A stretch of DNA of 62,096 nucleotides, filler included, from Chiloscyllium plagiosum (lineage: Eukaryota), in NCBI RefSeq assembly GCF_004010195.1. It is 3 parts of one record of this genome, joined end to end, with 100 filler letters (N's around TTAATTAATTAA, not from the genome) between each part and the next. Parts side by side here need not be neighbours in the genome. Positions count along the whole stretch, not along the records: positions 19,505 to 42,083 come from NC_057716.1; 2 more parts are not named here. One strand, 5' to 3'. Positions 27,577 to 39,759 of the stretch are shown one piece after another. Made by a program: the position numbers and the translations under genes. A model generated the notes under the pieces. It saw only the letters and a program-made list of their open reading frames with translations. It searched no databases and was not told the DNA's origin. How positions within the stretch are numbered: position 1 is the stretch's first letter; every line of letters starts with the position of its first letter.

Positions 27577-30500
27577 TAAACACAGCATCTAGCAATAGGT
27601 GAAGGTCCTTTGATCTTCCGAGCCTGGTCTGCCATTAATGGCAAACACAGAAACATGCACTAGGCTCTTTGCACCTGCTCCACCATTCGATGGGACCATG
27701 GCTGATTCTTTATTTCAAGATCATATCCAGGCATTCTCTTCATAATCCTTGGGGTTTTATTCTCTGAAGAAAATCATCCATCCCACTCGCAAATTTATTC
27801 CACGAGCCTGCCTCCAGGGCCTTCTGTGGTTGCAAATTCCAGATGGTTGGTCACTCTGAGTGAAAACAACTTTCCTTTTCTCGGTCCTAGTATGATCTAC
27901 CTTCTATGTATAATGACTGTGAGCCCTGGTTCCAGACTCCACACCCAGGGGATACATCCTTGCTGCATCAATTGTGTCTAGTCCTGTTAGAATTTTATAC
28001 CTTTCAGTCAGACACTCTCTCAATCTTCTCAGCTGTACTGAATATAGGCACAGTCAAACCAACCTCTCTTTGTACGATCTCGCAAGGAATTAAGGGCTAC
28101 AGGGAGAGTGCGGGTAAATGGAGTTGAAATACCCATCAGCAATGATTAAATGGCGGAGTGGACTCGATGGGCCAAATGGCTTTACTTCCACTCTTATGTC
28201 TTATGGTCTTATGGATAATCCTGCCATCCACAGTTTCAACTGAATGAACCTTTGATGCACCTCCTTGATGGCAAGTGTATGTTTTGGTTCAGTAGGGAGA
28301 CCAAAATTGCACCAATTACGCTGTGAACTTACCTGTGGGAAACATTGCTACTTCTGAAAGCAAAACCTCTTGTAACATACCAATTAACACCCTAATTATG
28401 ATCAAAACAGAAACAGAAGCAACAGTAGACCATTCAACTCCTCGAAACTACTCCATCATTCTGTAGGATCCAATGTCCTCCTGTCCTAATATTTTCCACG
28501 AGGGGAAATATCCTCTCAGCATTTACCCTCTCAAGTCTCTTCAGAATCTTACGGGTTTCACTCTTCTAAACTTCAGAAAGTACAGTCCCAACCAGTTTAG
28601 TCCTTGCTCATAACACAATGTCTCCAAACTAGGGATCAATTGCTTGCTCTTGCTGTCTCCTCACTTAAACAAAAAAAAACAAAGAACTGGGGATGCTGAA
28701 AGTCAGAAAGAAGCAGTGAAATTGGTGGAAAACCTCCGCATTTCTGGCAGCAGTTGTGAAGAGAAAGCAGAGTTAACATCTTCGGGGAATTCAGTGACCT
28801 TACTTCAGAACTGCTTGTAGCTCAGAAAACTTTGGCATATATGCTAAATTTGAAGTGGGGTGAGCAGTAAACAATTGGTGGAGATGGAGCCCAAGGGAGA
28901 GAAAAACAATTGGACACATTTCTTTGTCTGCCCAACTGGTTCTCTCTGTCTCTGGGCTCCATTATCACCTATCATTTACTCCTCACACACACGCAAACAT
29001 AGCAACCTTTTTGTGGCAACAATCAGGTCTGAGGAAGGGTCGAAGGACCCAAAACATTAACTCTGCTTTCTTTCCACAGATGTTGCCAAATGTGTTGAGT
29101 TTTTCCACTAATGTCTGTTCTTGTTCCTTACTTACCTGCGCTGGTGTATGAGAACATCTAGGTCACTTTGCACACCCAATTTCAAACTGTCACCACTTAA
29201 ATCATGCTTTTTTTTATTGTTCACACTGAAGTGTGTTGTTTCATACTTATTCACGTTATACTGCATGTTACTTGTCTCTGTGCACATACTCAAATGGTCT
29301 AGATCATACTGGAGCCTCCATGCATCCTCCTCACAACTTTCAATCCCACCCATGTCACCAGCAAACTTGTAAATATTGCATTTGCCACACAATTCACAAT
29401 CTTACCTAGTCCTGTGTTATCACCAAACTTGAAATCATTTTCTCTGTCATCTTCGTGATTTTCGTCTTCACCCTCACCTATTGGTGAATCTCTACTACCT
29501 CAGTGATTTGCTGTCTGACTCTTCTCAGTGAATCTCTGAGCCTCTTCTCGATAATTTTCTTTCTCGTCCTCTCCTATCAGTGAATCGCTTTCTCTCTCTC
29601 CCCCTAGATGATCTACTCCCCTCCTCACAGTAATTTTCTCACGCATCCTCTTCTTGGAAAATTGTTCTCACCTTGGTGACTTTTCCTTTCTCATCTCAGC
29701 AACGTTTCCTGTGTTTTCACTGACTTTTTCACTATCTCTGATGGATGATTTTCTCTCTCACCCTCTCCTCTTGGTGATTTTCTTTTCCTCTCAAATCTCT
29801 CAATACTTCCCTCTCAAATTGAAACGTGGGATCTGGAAATAGATGGAGGCCATTTGGCCCTCCGAGCTTGCTTTGTCATGTATAGAAAACATAGACACAC
29901 AAAAAATAGGCAAAGGCCAATCAGCTCTTTGCACCAACACCGCTTATTCAATAGGATCATGGCTGACCCTCTACCTGAATGGTATGGACACACTTTTTCT
30001 CCATCACCTTGTTGCCTTTAATATCTAGAATAACAATCAATGTCTTTCTTGAATATACTCAGTAAGCCTGTGTCCACAGCTTTCTGTGCTGCAAATTTCA
30101 CAAGGTGACCAGCCTTTCAGTGAAGAAAAGTTACCTCATCTCAATCATAAGATGGCCCAGCCTGTATTGCGACTGTTTGCTTTTGATCAAGACACCTCAA
30201 CCAGGGAAAACATCCTCCCCGCAACTAGTCTGTCTAGCCCTGATAGAAATTTATAGCTTTCAATCAGGCCCTCTTTCATTCCTCTCAGCTCTACTCAATA
30301 CAGGCACAGTCAAACCACTCTCTCCTTGTATGATAGTCTTAGTCTCTACAGTATCAACCTTGCGGACCTCTGCTGCATTCACTCTATGGCAAGTTTACCT
30401 TTCTTTCTTTCAGTCAGGAGACCAAAATAGCACAGAATATTCCACAAATACACTCACCAAGTTCCTGTAATCCTGTCATAAGGCATCCATCTCTATTTCA

Positions 30501-33500
30501 GAATATATAACCTCTTGCAATGGAGCCAAACATACCATTCACCTTTCCAATTGTGTGCTGTGGCTGCCTCTTTACTTTCACTGACTGATGTACAAGAATA
30601 CCTAGATCCCTGCACACACACATTTTCAACTATGTCATCAGTCAAATAATACTGTGCCTTCCTGTTCTACACATGGAAACATAGCCTTTCATATTTATCC
30701 ACTTAATGCCACATGTGCCATCTTTGCAGATCACACTGAAGCCTCTTTGCAACTATGTTACAACTCTCAATTCCACCCACGTTGTCAGCAAACATGTAAA
30801 TGTTGTATCTGCCATACAATTCACAATCCTACCCAGTGCAGAGTCATCAGCAAACAAGGAATCATTGGTTTCATTTTCTCTTTCCTCAGGTGATTTTCCA
30901 TCTCAACCTCACTCCTAGGTGAAATATGTCTCTGCTCGCTGATGTGCTCCTTTGCTCACCCTCACTTCTTGGTGTTTCACTTTCTTTCCCTCTCGCTGCA
31001 CTGTCATTTTCTCTCTCACACATTGGATTTCTTACCCTCGCTCCTTGGTGATCTGTTCTCACTCACCTCCTCTTAATGATTCTCTCTCACTTTCAGACTC
31101 TTCCCTTGCTCAACCTCTCTCATTTCATTGATTTGCTCTCTCTCGCCTTGGTAATTTTGTATCTTACCCTCTTCAGACAGTGAATCACCTTTTCTTGCTT
31201 GGTGATCGATTCCTCTTTTCTCATACTCGTCTTCCTAGCTGCTCTTTCTCTTTAGTGATTTTCCTGCTCTCTTCCAAGTGATTCTCCTGCTATCCTTTTT
31301 GCATGGATTTCCACACTGTCGCTATCCTCTCAATGCTCTTCTGTCTCCTCGTGGAGATTTTCTCTCTCGGTCATTTTCTTTTCTCTTCTCAGGGATTTTC
31401 TCTCTCGCCCAGTCCTGTCACAGATTCTCTCAGATGCTCCTCTCGCTGATACTCTCGCCTCTGCTGACTTGCTCTCCCTAACTAGGTCCAGACGACAACT
31501 TTCTCCCTCCACAGTGATTTTCTCTCACTCTCCCCTCCCAGGAATTTTCTCCCTCTGTCACCTCGCAAGGAATCTCTCTTCTTGTGAAAATTGATCACCC
31601 TCGAGCTTCTTGGTGAAACATAGGCACAAAAACTAAGCAAAGGCCATTTGGTTTTTTGCACCAACTCCGCCATTCAATAAGATCATAGCTGATCAGTTTC
31701 TCTCTTCTCAGTGAGTTTCCATCTCTATTTCCTCTCGGCTAGGTTTTCCCACTCTTCTTGGGGAGATTTCCTCCCTCGCTCTTTCCTTGGTGATCTTCCC
31801 ACTCTCTCTCGGATCTTAAATATTTTCTCTGTCCACCTCTTCCCTCTTTGACTAACTCCTTCTTCACAGCAATTCTTCCCCTTTTTCTTCTTGATGAATT
31901 GCTCTATCTTTATCCTCTTAAGGATATTTTTGATTCCTTTCTCCATCTCCTCTTCTCTGTGAAGTGTTCTTCTCTCAGTAATTTTATATCTCACTCTTTC
32001 AGAGAATTTTTCTGTCTCTTCTCAAGGATTTCCTCTCTAACTTTTGCCCCTCTGTGAATCCCTATCCTCTTGGTGATTTTTCTCTCAATCTCATTCGTGA
32101 CTTTCCCTCTCTTCTCATTGGTTCTCTCCATTTACTGATTTTCAGCCTCTTCACTCAGTGAATTGTTCTCATCTCAGCAATTTTCTCTCCATCCTTTTTC
32201 ATGAATTCTTCCTTTCTCTTAATGAATTGCTCTTTCACCTTAGAGATTTTCTCCCCCCGTCTCCTGTCCGTCATTTTCCCTCTTCGTCTGCTCTCAGTAA
32301 TTTTATGTTTCACCCTCTCCCATTGGAACATTTTTCTGTCTCAAGTTTCTCAGTGATTTTCCTTCTCTCTTCTCAAGTGCTTCTCTCCATCACTTGCGCC
32401 TGTGAGCGATTTTCAACATCAACTGCTCCTTTTAGTCAATTTCTGCATCTCGTTGATCTTCTCTATCTTTCTCGTTCCTCTGCACATTTTCCTCACTCTC
32501 TTACTTCTTGCTCAGTGATTTTCCCTCTCTCTTCTTACTGATTTTTCTCTATCTCATCTTAGTGATGCTCTTTCTCCTCTGTAATTTTGGGCATTTTCTC
32601 TCTCAACCTCTTATCTCTGTGACATTTCCTCACCCTTCACAGTGATCTGCTCTCTCGTGATCTTCTCAGGGATCTTTCTCTGATCTCCTCTCCTCTTGAT
32701 AATTTTCTTTTTCACCCTCCTCTAAGGGGAATTTTCACACTCTCAACAATTTGCTTTCTCACTATCCTCTCATCGATTTCCTTTCTAACTCAGGGTCCTT
32801 TTCCCTCTCACCCTCTCCTCTTGCTGTTTGTTTCTCTCTCTCTCATTCTTGAGTGATTCTCTCTCATATAGAAATGTAGGATCTAGGAGTAGGAGGAAGA
32901 CAGTTGATACTTGAGGCTTCCTAACCCTTAATGGACAACAAAGAAACATGAAAACTAGGAGTAGACCCTTCAGCCCTGTACATCTGCTCTGCCATTCAAT
33001 ATGATCATGGCTGACCGCCCACTTGAACATCATATCCATGTTTTCTCTCTGCCTTTAGTACAGAGAAAAAAAACAACAATCTCTTTTTTGAACATTTTCA
33101 GTGAGCCTGTTTCCATAGCTTTTTGTGGTAGCAAATTCCACAAGCTGACCAACCTCTGAGTGCAGAAATATTTCCTCAACTCACCCCTAAAGTGCTATAC
33201 CATGTTTTTGGACTGTGAGCCCGGATTCTATACTTCTAAATCAGGGGAAACATTCTCCCTGCATCTAGAGTATCTAGCCTTAGAATTTCTTACCTCTCAA
33301 TCAATCAGATCGTTTCTCAGTCTTCTCATCTCTAGTGAATTCAGGCAGTGTCAAGCCAATCTTTCCTTGTATACAACAGTCTCCCATCCACAATATCAAC
33401 AGTTGCTGCACTCCCTTTATGGCAAATATATCTTTCATAGTTAACAAGACTAAAATGACATGCAAATCTCCAGGCCAATCTCACCAAGGGGGTGTGCAAG

Positions 33501-33987
33501 GCACTACATTCCTGCAGTAACATCCCTTCTTCTGAATGTAAAATTTCTTTTGAAAGAGGCAATCACACAAGTTGTTTTCCTAATTGCTTGCTGAGACTAC
33601 CAGTTTATTTTCATTGACTGGCATAAAAGGATATCCAGATCCTTTTGTACATCCACCTTTACAACCTCATCGCCATTTAAAAATACTGTGTTGCATACAG
33701 AAACATATAACTTCACTGGACCTAAGAGACCTGGGTTCAACTCCTACCTGCTGCAGAAGTGTGTAATAACATCTCTGAACAAGTTGATTAGAAAATAAGT
33801 TGAATATAAAAAAATAGGGCATCTGGATAGGTACATGAGTAGGAAGGGTTTAGAGGGATATGCACCAACTACAGACAAATGGGACTAGGTCAGATTGGGA
33901 TGTTTGATCAACGTGAACGAGTTGGACCAAAGGATCTGTTTCCATGCTGTATGACTCTAAGTCCCTGAGCAAATAAGTTTACTAAAG

Positions 33988-34305
33988 GGTGGCAAAGTGG
34001 CTCAGTGGTTAGCACTGGTGCCTCACAGCCTGGTTTCAATTTCAGCCTCAGGTGACCATCGATGTGGAGTTTGCACATTCTTCCAGTGTCTGTGTGGGTG
34101 TGCTCCGGTTTCTTTTCACAGTCTAAAGATATGCAGGTTAGGTGGATTGGCCATGATAAGTTGCCCATAGTGTCCAGGGATGCCCAAGTGAGATAGATTA
34201 GTCATGGAAAATTCTAGGGTTGGGGGTTTGGATGGATAGGGTGCTCTTTGGAGGGTCTGTGTGGACTCGATGAGCCTGTTTCTCCATTGTACAGATTCTA
34301 TTATT
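33988..34305 (+). mobile_element. HE1-type SINE
   Basis: gggtggcaaagtggctcagtggttagcactg head; tgtggagtttgcacattct body. Confidence 0.8.
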
Positions 34306-35577
34306 CCATGTTTCACAGCTTCTACTATGTGTTTGATTATACACTGAACTTGTCTAGATGGTTCTAATGTCTCAGTGCATCCTCCTCACAACTCAATTCC
34401 TCCTGTCTTCAGTAAACTTGGAAACATTGGTGACTTAGTCTCTTTCCCTTCTTGGTGAATGTCTTCTGCATAATTTGCTGTCTTCTCTGGGTTATTTTCT
34501 CTTTGCCACTCTCTCTTTTTCATCAATTTCTATCCTGTCTGGATTTTCTGTCTCTCTCTCTCTCTAATCAGTGATTTATTCTGTCTCACACAGCTCTCAT
34601 TGGTTCTCTCTCTCCAATTCTTCTCTTGCTGAATCTCTGTGCCATTCTCTTCTGTAATTTCTTTTCTAATCCTCTATCACTCCCGTCCCTCCTCTGTGAT
34701 CTTACTCCCTCTTGGTGAATTGCTCTCAGAGGGTTCCCTCGCTGAATCTTTCTTCTCTCTGTGATTTGTTCTATCTCTTGCATACTCTCTCGTCTTGGTG
34801 AAAGCACTCCCATCTCAGTGATCTTCCCTGTCCATTCTCAATGATTTTCTATATCTCCTGTCTGATTTTGCCCTTACTGAAACTCTCCTCCCGCTGATTT
34901 CTCTGGGTCTCCTTTCCATGACTTTTTCGGTAGTGTTCTTACTTACCTGGTCTGATCAGTGAATCGCTTCCTATTCACCATCCGGTAACCTTATCCCTCG
35001 CTCGCATACCTATCATTGATTTTCTCTTACTCTTTGGTCGCTTTATAGATCTCCTTTAGATTTGCTTTCTCTCTCTCCTGAGCAATTTTCTGTTCCCCTC
35101 CCCCCGGCTCCTTGCGGTGATTCGCTCTCATCTAAGAAATTTTTGCAGTCTTCTCAGTGATTTGGTCTCTCTGTCAACGATTTGGTCTCTCTCCTCGTGA
35201 TAATTTTCTTTTTCACACACTTCCTTGCTTCCTGGTTCTCTCACTCTCTCGCCTACGATTCTTCTTTTCTCGATTTCTACCAAGTGATTTTTTTTGTTTC
35301 CTCATACTCTTCCTGGTGATTTTTATTTCCTCACAAACTCTCTGCCCGGTGATTTCCTCTCTCACTCTTAGAGATCATTTTTTTCTCATAAATTCTCTCC
35401 CGGTGATTGTTTTCTCTCCCACGCCTTCTTCCCGGTAATTTTCTCCCCGGAGATTTCTCTTTATCTCTCATTGGCGATTTTCTCGCTTGTACATTCTCTC
35501 CATTCCCTCTCAAACCTTAGTGGTAACTCTCTCTCTCATGCAGTCTCTTTGGCGATTTTCTGTCATCGTAGTGAATC

Positions 35578-35726
35578 GAGAGAGTGAGGCTGGAAAAGCA
35601 CAGCCGGTCAGGCACCATCTCAAAGTGTCGATTCTCCTGCTCCTAGGATGCTGCATGACCTTCTGTGCTTTCCCAGCACCACACTCTCGACTCTGAACTC
35701 CAGCATCTGCAGTCCTCACTTTCTCC
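35578..35726. mobile_element. PLE-derived short palindromic element (hammerhead core deleted)
   Basis: gctggaaaagcacagc...gtgctttcccagc inverted arms plus ccagcatctgcagtcctcactttctcc tail. Confidence 0.65.
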
Positions 35727-35924
35727 TGTCTTCGTGGTGAGCACCTCTAACCCATTCTCTGGCCAAGTATTTCTGTCTCCTCTTGCTCTCTCTCTCTCAC
35801 ACACCGTGTCCTAGCAATACAACTATGCGTATTTTTCCCGTGATTTCCTTTCACATTCTCTTTCTGGTGATTTCCCCGCCCCGTCTTGGTGACATCCCAA
35901 CCGCCCATTACAACCCTGAACCCC

Positions 35925-36175
35925 ACTTACATATACACACACACACTCACGGACCCCCCCCCACACACACACACACACACACTCACGGACCCACACACAC
36001 ATTCACGGACCCTCACCCCCACATNNNNNNNNNNNNNNNNNNNNNNNNNNNNNNNNNNNNNNNNNNNNNNNNNNNNNNNNNNNNNNNNNNNNNNNNNNNN
36101 NCACGGACCCACCCACCCCCACTCTCACATACAGTACACACGGACCCACCCCCACTCACACACATACTACACACG
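35925..36175. repeat. CA-rich minisatellite (CACGGACCC...) with internal gap
   Basis: Repeated cacggaccc units with (CA)n spacers. Confidence 0.85.
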
Positions 36176-36419
36176 TTTCTGATTTACAGAATGCATAGTT
36201 CTTTAGGTTTTTCTCTCTAGACTTGTTGCTTTTCTCTCTCGGTGATTTATTTTTCGTCTCAGTTATACTTTTTCTCACTCTCAGCAGTCGGTAATTTTCT
36301 CTCTCTCTCTCTGACGATTTAATTTCTTTCTCATTTATTTTCCCTCATTCTCCCGTTGATCATTTTCCCCTCTCTTACCTTTCGGTGAATTTCTCCTCTT
36401 TCTCTTTTTCAAATTTCAA

Positions 36420-37011
36420 CGGTGGCGCCCAAACTGGAAGGCACTAAATGTGAGAGGGCCGCGGGGGGAACTGTACTCTGTGATCTTTTATTCCTGTGGC
36501 AAAACAGACAGCACTTACAACCTCGATAGTAGAGGCAGTGAGAGAATTTCAAGTTTAAAGATTTTGAGGTTTGCACGGTGATTTTTCCGTAAATACAGAT
36601 CACAAGTTGGTACAACCCAGAAGCGAGCGTCAGCGAATTAACTTCCGACAGAAGTCACGTTCCAACCGGAAGCCAACGGGTTGTAAACAAAACTGACAGC
36701 TGTTCAAAGGCGCGGGACTGGGAGGCGGGGCCACAAAACGCTGGAGCGGGGCCAAGTGGCTGACGGGCCGGGACAGAAGGGCACGAGTCCAGCCAGGTGG
36801 CCGAGGGGCGCGTGCGGGGACTTGACGACAGGGGCAATGCCAGGTGGCCGAGGGGTGGGGACAGAAGGGCGCGAGCGCAACCAGTTGACCGAGTGGCGGG
36901 GATTGACGGTCGGAACGGGGGCCAGGTGGCCGAGGGGCGGGACGGAGCGTGTTTTGCGACTGGTCCGATGGGTGAGGTAGGCCCTGGGTTTTAGACCGCC
37001 TCCGACTGCGG
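36420..37011. promoter_or_regulatory. CpG-island-like promoter candidate
   Basis: CpG-dense; ETS-type ACTTCCG (36641-36647) and CCGGAAG (36666-36672), GC boxes (36721-36730, ~36933-36941), minus-strand GTAAGT donor at 36518-36513. Confidence 0.6.
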
Positions 37012-39327
37012 GGTAAAAACGATGACAGCAGATGCTGGAAACCAGATTCTGGATTAGTGGTGCTGGAAGAGCACAGCAGTTCAGGCAGCATCCAAGGAGC
37101 TTCGAAATCGACGTTTCGGGCAAAAGCCCTTCATCAGGAATAAAGGCAGAGAGTCTGAAACGTGGAGAGATAAGCTGGAGGAGGGTGAGGGTGGGGAGAG
37201 AGTAGCATAGAGTACAATGGGTGAGTGGGGGAGGGGATGAAGGTGATAGGTCAGGGAGGAGAGGATGGAGTGGATAGGTGGAAAAGGAGATAGGAAGTTT
37301 GGAACTAGGGTGAGGTGGGGGAAGGGGAAATGAGGAAGCTGTTGAAGTCCACATTGATGCCCTGGGGTTGAAGTGTTCTGAGGCGGAAGATGAGGCGTTC
37401 TTCCTCCAGGCGTCTGGTGGTGAGGGCGCGGCGGTGAAGGAGGCCCAGGACCTCCATGTCCTCGGCAGAGTGGGAGGGGGAGTTGAAATGTTGGGCCACG
37501 GGGCGGTGTGGTTGATTGGTGCGGGTGTCCCGGAGATGTTCCCTAAAGCGCTCTGCTAGGAGGCGCCCAGTCTCCCCAATGTAGAGGAGACCGCATCGGG
37601 AGCAACGGATAGAATAAATGATATTAGTGGATGTGCAAGTAAAACTTTGATGGATGTGGAAGGTGTATCACATGTGACATCACTTCCGCCCCTCACATCA
37701 TCGCTGATGCCACATGCTCAGTGACTTCCGCCACCCCTACTGCCGTGGTCACCACCACTTCCGCCCCCAGCAACGCCACTCATGACCAGGGCCTCCAAGT
37801 CCTCCGTTTTTTCCTCTCCAGACGTCCCCAACAGTACTCTTCCACCGACACTCTCATTCGTTTGGCCGAACTGGTCCTCACCCTTAACAATTTCTCCTTT
37901 GAATCCTCCCACTTCCTCCAGACCAAAGGGGTAGCCATGGGCACACGTATGGGCCCCAGCTATGCCTGTCTCTTTGTTGGCTACGTAGAGCAGTTGATTT
38001 TCCGTAATTACACCGGCACCACTCCCCAACTCTTCCTCCGCTACATTGATGACTGCATTGGCGCCACCTCGTGCCCCCGCAAGGAGGTTGAGCAATTCAT
38101 CAACTTCACTAACACATTCCACCCTGTCCTTAAATTTACCTGGACCATCTCTGTCACCTCCCTCCCCTTCCTCGACCTCTCCATCTCCATTAATGACGAT
38201 CGACTTGACACATATTTTTTACAAACCCACCGACTCCCACAGCTACCTGGATTACACCTCTTCCCACCCTACCTCTTGCAAAAATGCCATCCCGTATTCC
38301 CAATTCCTCCGCCCTGCCGTACCTGCTCCCAGGAGGACCAGTTCCACCACAGATCACACCAGATGGCCTCCTTTAGAGACTGCAATTTCCCTTCCCACGT
38401 GGTTAAAGATGCCCTCTAACGCATCTCGTCCACATCCCGCACCTCCGCCCTCAGACCTCACCCCTCCAACCGTAACAAGGACAGAACGCCCCTGGTGCTC
38501 ACCTTCCACCCTACCAACCTTCCCATAAACCAAATCATCCGCCGACATTTCCGCCACCTCCAAACAGACCCCACCACCAGGGATATATTTCCCTCCCCAC
38601 CCATTTCCGCCTTCCGCAAAGACCATTCCCTCNNNNNNNNNNNNNNNNNNNNNNNNNNNNNNNNNNNNNNNNNNNNNNNNNNNNNNNNNNNNNNNNNNNN
38701 NNNNNNNNNNNNNNNNNNNNNNNNNNNNNNNNNNNNNNNNNNNNNNNNNNNNNNNNNNNNNNNNNNNNNNNNNNNNNNNNNNNNNNNNNNNNNNNNNNNN
38801 NNNNNNNNNNNNNNNNNNNNNNNNNNNNNNNNNNNNNNNNNNNNNNNNNNNNNNNNNNNNNNNNNNNNNNNNNNNNNNNNNNNNNNNNNNNNNNNNNNNN
38901 NNNNNNNNNNNNNNNNNNNNNNNNNNNNNNNNNNNNNNNNNNNNNNNNNNNNNNNNNNNNNNNNNNNNNNNNNNNNNNNNNNNNNNNNNNNNNNNNNNNN
39001 NNNNNNNNNNNNNNNNNNNNNNNNNNNNNNNNNNNNNNNNNNNNNNNNNNNNNNNNNNNNNNNNNNNNNNNNNNNNNNNNNNNNNNNNNNNNNNNNNNNN
39101 NNNNNNNNNNNNNNNNNNNNNNNNNNNNCCTTCATCCCCTCCCCCACTCACCCATTGTACTCTATGCTACTTTCTCCCCACCCCCACTCTCCTCTATCTT
39201 ATGTCTCCACGCTTCAGGCTCACTGCCTTTATTCCTGATGAAGGGCTTTTGCCCGAAACGTCGATTTCGAAGCTCATTGGATGCTGCCTGAACTGCTGTG
39301 CTCTTCCAGCACCACTAATCCAGAATC
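37012..39327 (+). mobile_element. Penelope-like retroelement (Neptune-type) with inverted 3'-end copy
   Basis: + strand RT motifs GVAMGTRMGPSYA and FLRYIDD (37721-38419, frameshifted); minus-strand GIY-YIG C-terminus (37305-37499); inverted termini ~37040-37230 vs ~39130-39327, each with CTGATGA-GGGC/GCCC-GAAA; N gap 38633-39128. Confidence 0.92.
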
Positions 39328-39759
39328 CCACCCCCTACTGCGTCGTGGGCAAAGGCTGCGGTCTGAGTCAGTGAGGGGGCGAGGCCGAGCCAAAGCAATG
39401 GAGCAGGGACAGGCTTCCACCAGCGGGGCATGGTCTTGTGCTGCGGTGATGTGGACAAACAGATCTAGTGGTGCCAGTATCCAGTTCCTTGAAAGTGGCA
39501 TCACAAGTAGACAAGGCTGTGGTGCCTGCAACACAGTGTGTTATAACCTTACATCAAAAGAAGTGAGTCGAATCAATAATAGTACTCATTTATTTGACAC
39601 AATTAATACGATCACAACAAGATACACTATAAATTAACAGTTTACACTACAAATGCTATATTGTGCTTTAACATAACTCTGGATGACCATATACCACCAC
39701 ACTAGAACTTTCCTCTTCCTGCCTGGTGCAGTATTCTGACTGCTGCTTGCAAATCTGAA

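Larger units (their letters stand above)
22400..36410. repeat. Pyrimidine-rich degenerate satellite domain interleaved with CR1 fragments; contains a ~6.5 kb-offset duplication
   Basis: Very many variants of CTCAGTGATTTTCTCTC / CTTGGTGATTTTCTC on the + strand; matching anchors 22770~29500, 23065~29820, 23740~30849, 25890~32405, 26476~32852. Confidence 0.85.

Noticed and set aside
22400..36410. Leu/Ser/Phe-rich ORFs as membrane proteins
   Set aside because: Compositional by-product of the C/T-rich satellite.
36423..36437. TGGCGCCCAA resembling a tRNA-Lys primer-binding site
   Set aside because: Match breaks after about 10 nt; no adjacent LTR or gag seen.
36745..36945. Repeat-spacer pattern as CRISPR-like array
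   Set aside because: Vertebrate context, 16-bp non-palindromic repeat, partly related spacers, no cas genes.
36630..37354. 153-aa and 216-aa minus-strand ORFs
   Set aside because: Read through PLE terminus and GC-rich DNA that is poor in stop codons; no recognisable domain.
39538..39755. Possible additional LTR fragment
   Set aside because: Only a TGT start and tttatt; no second copy or matching end to support it.
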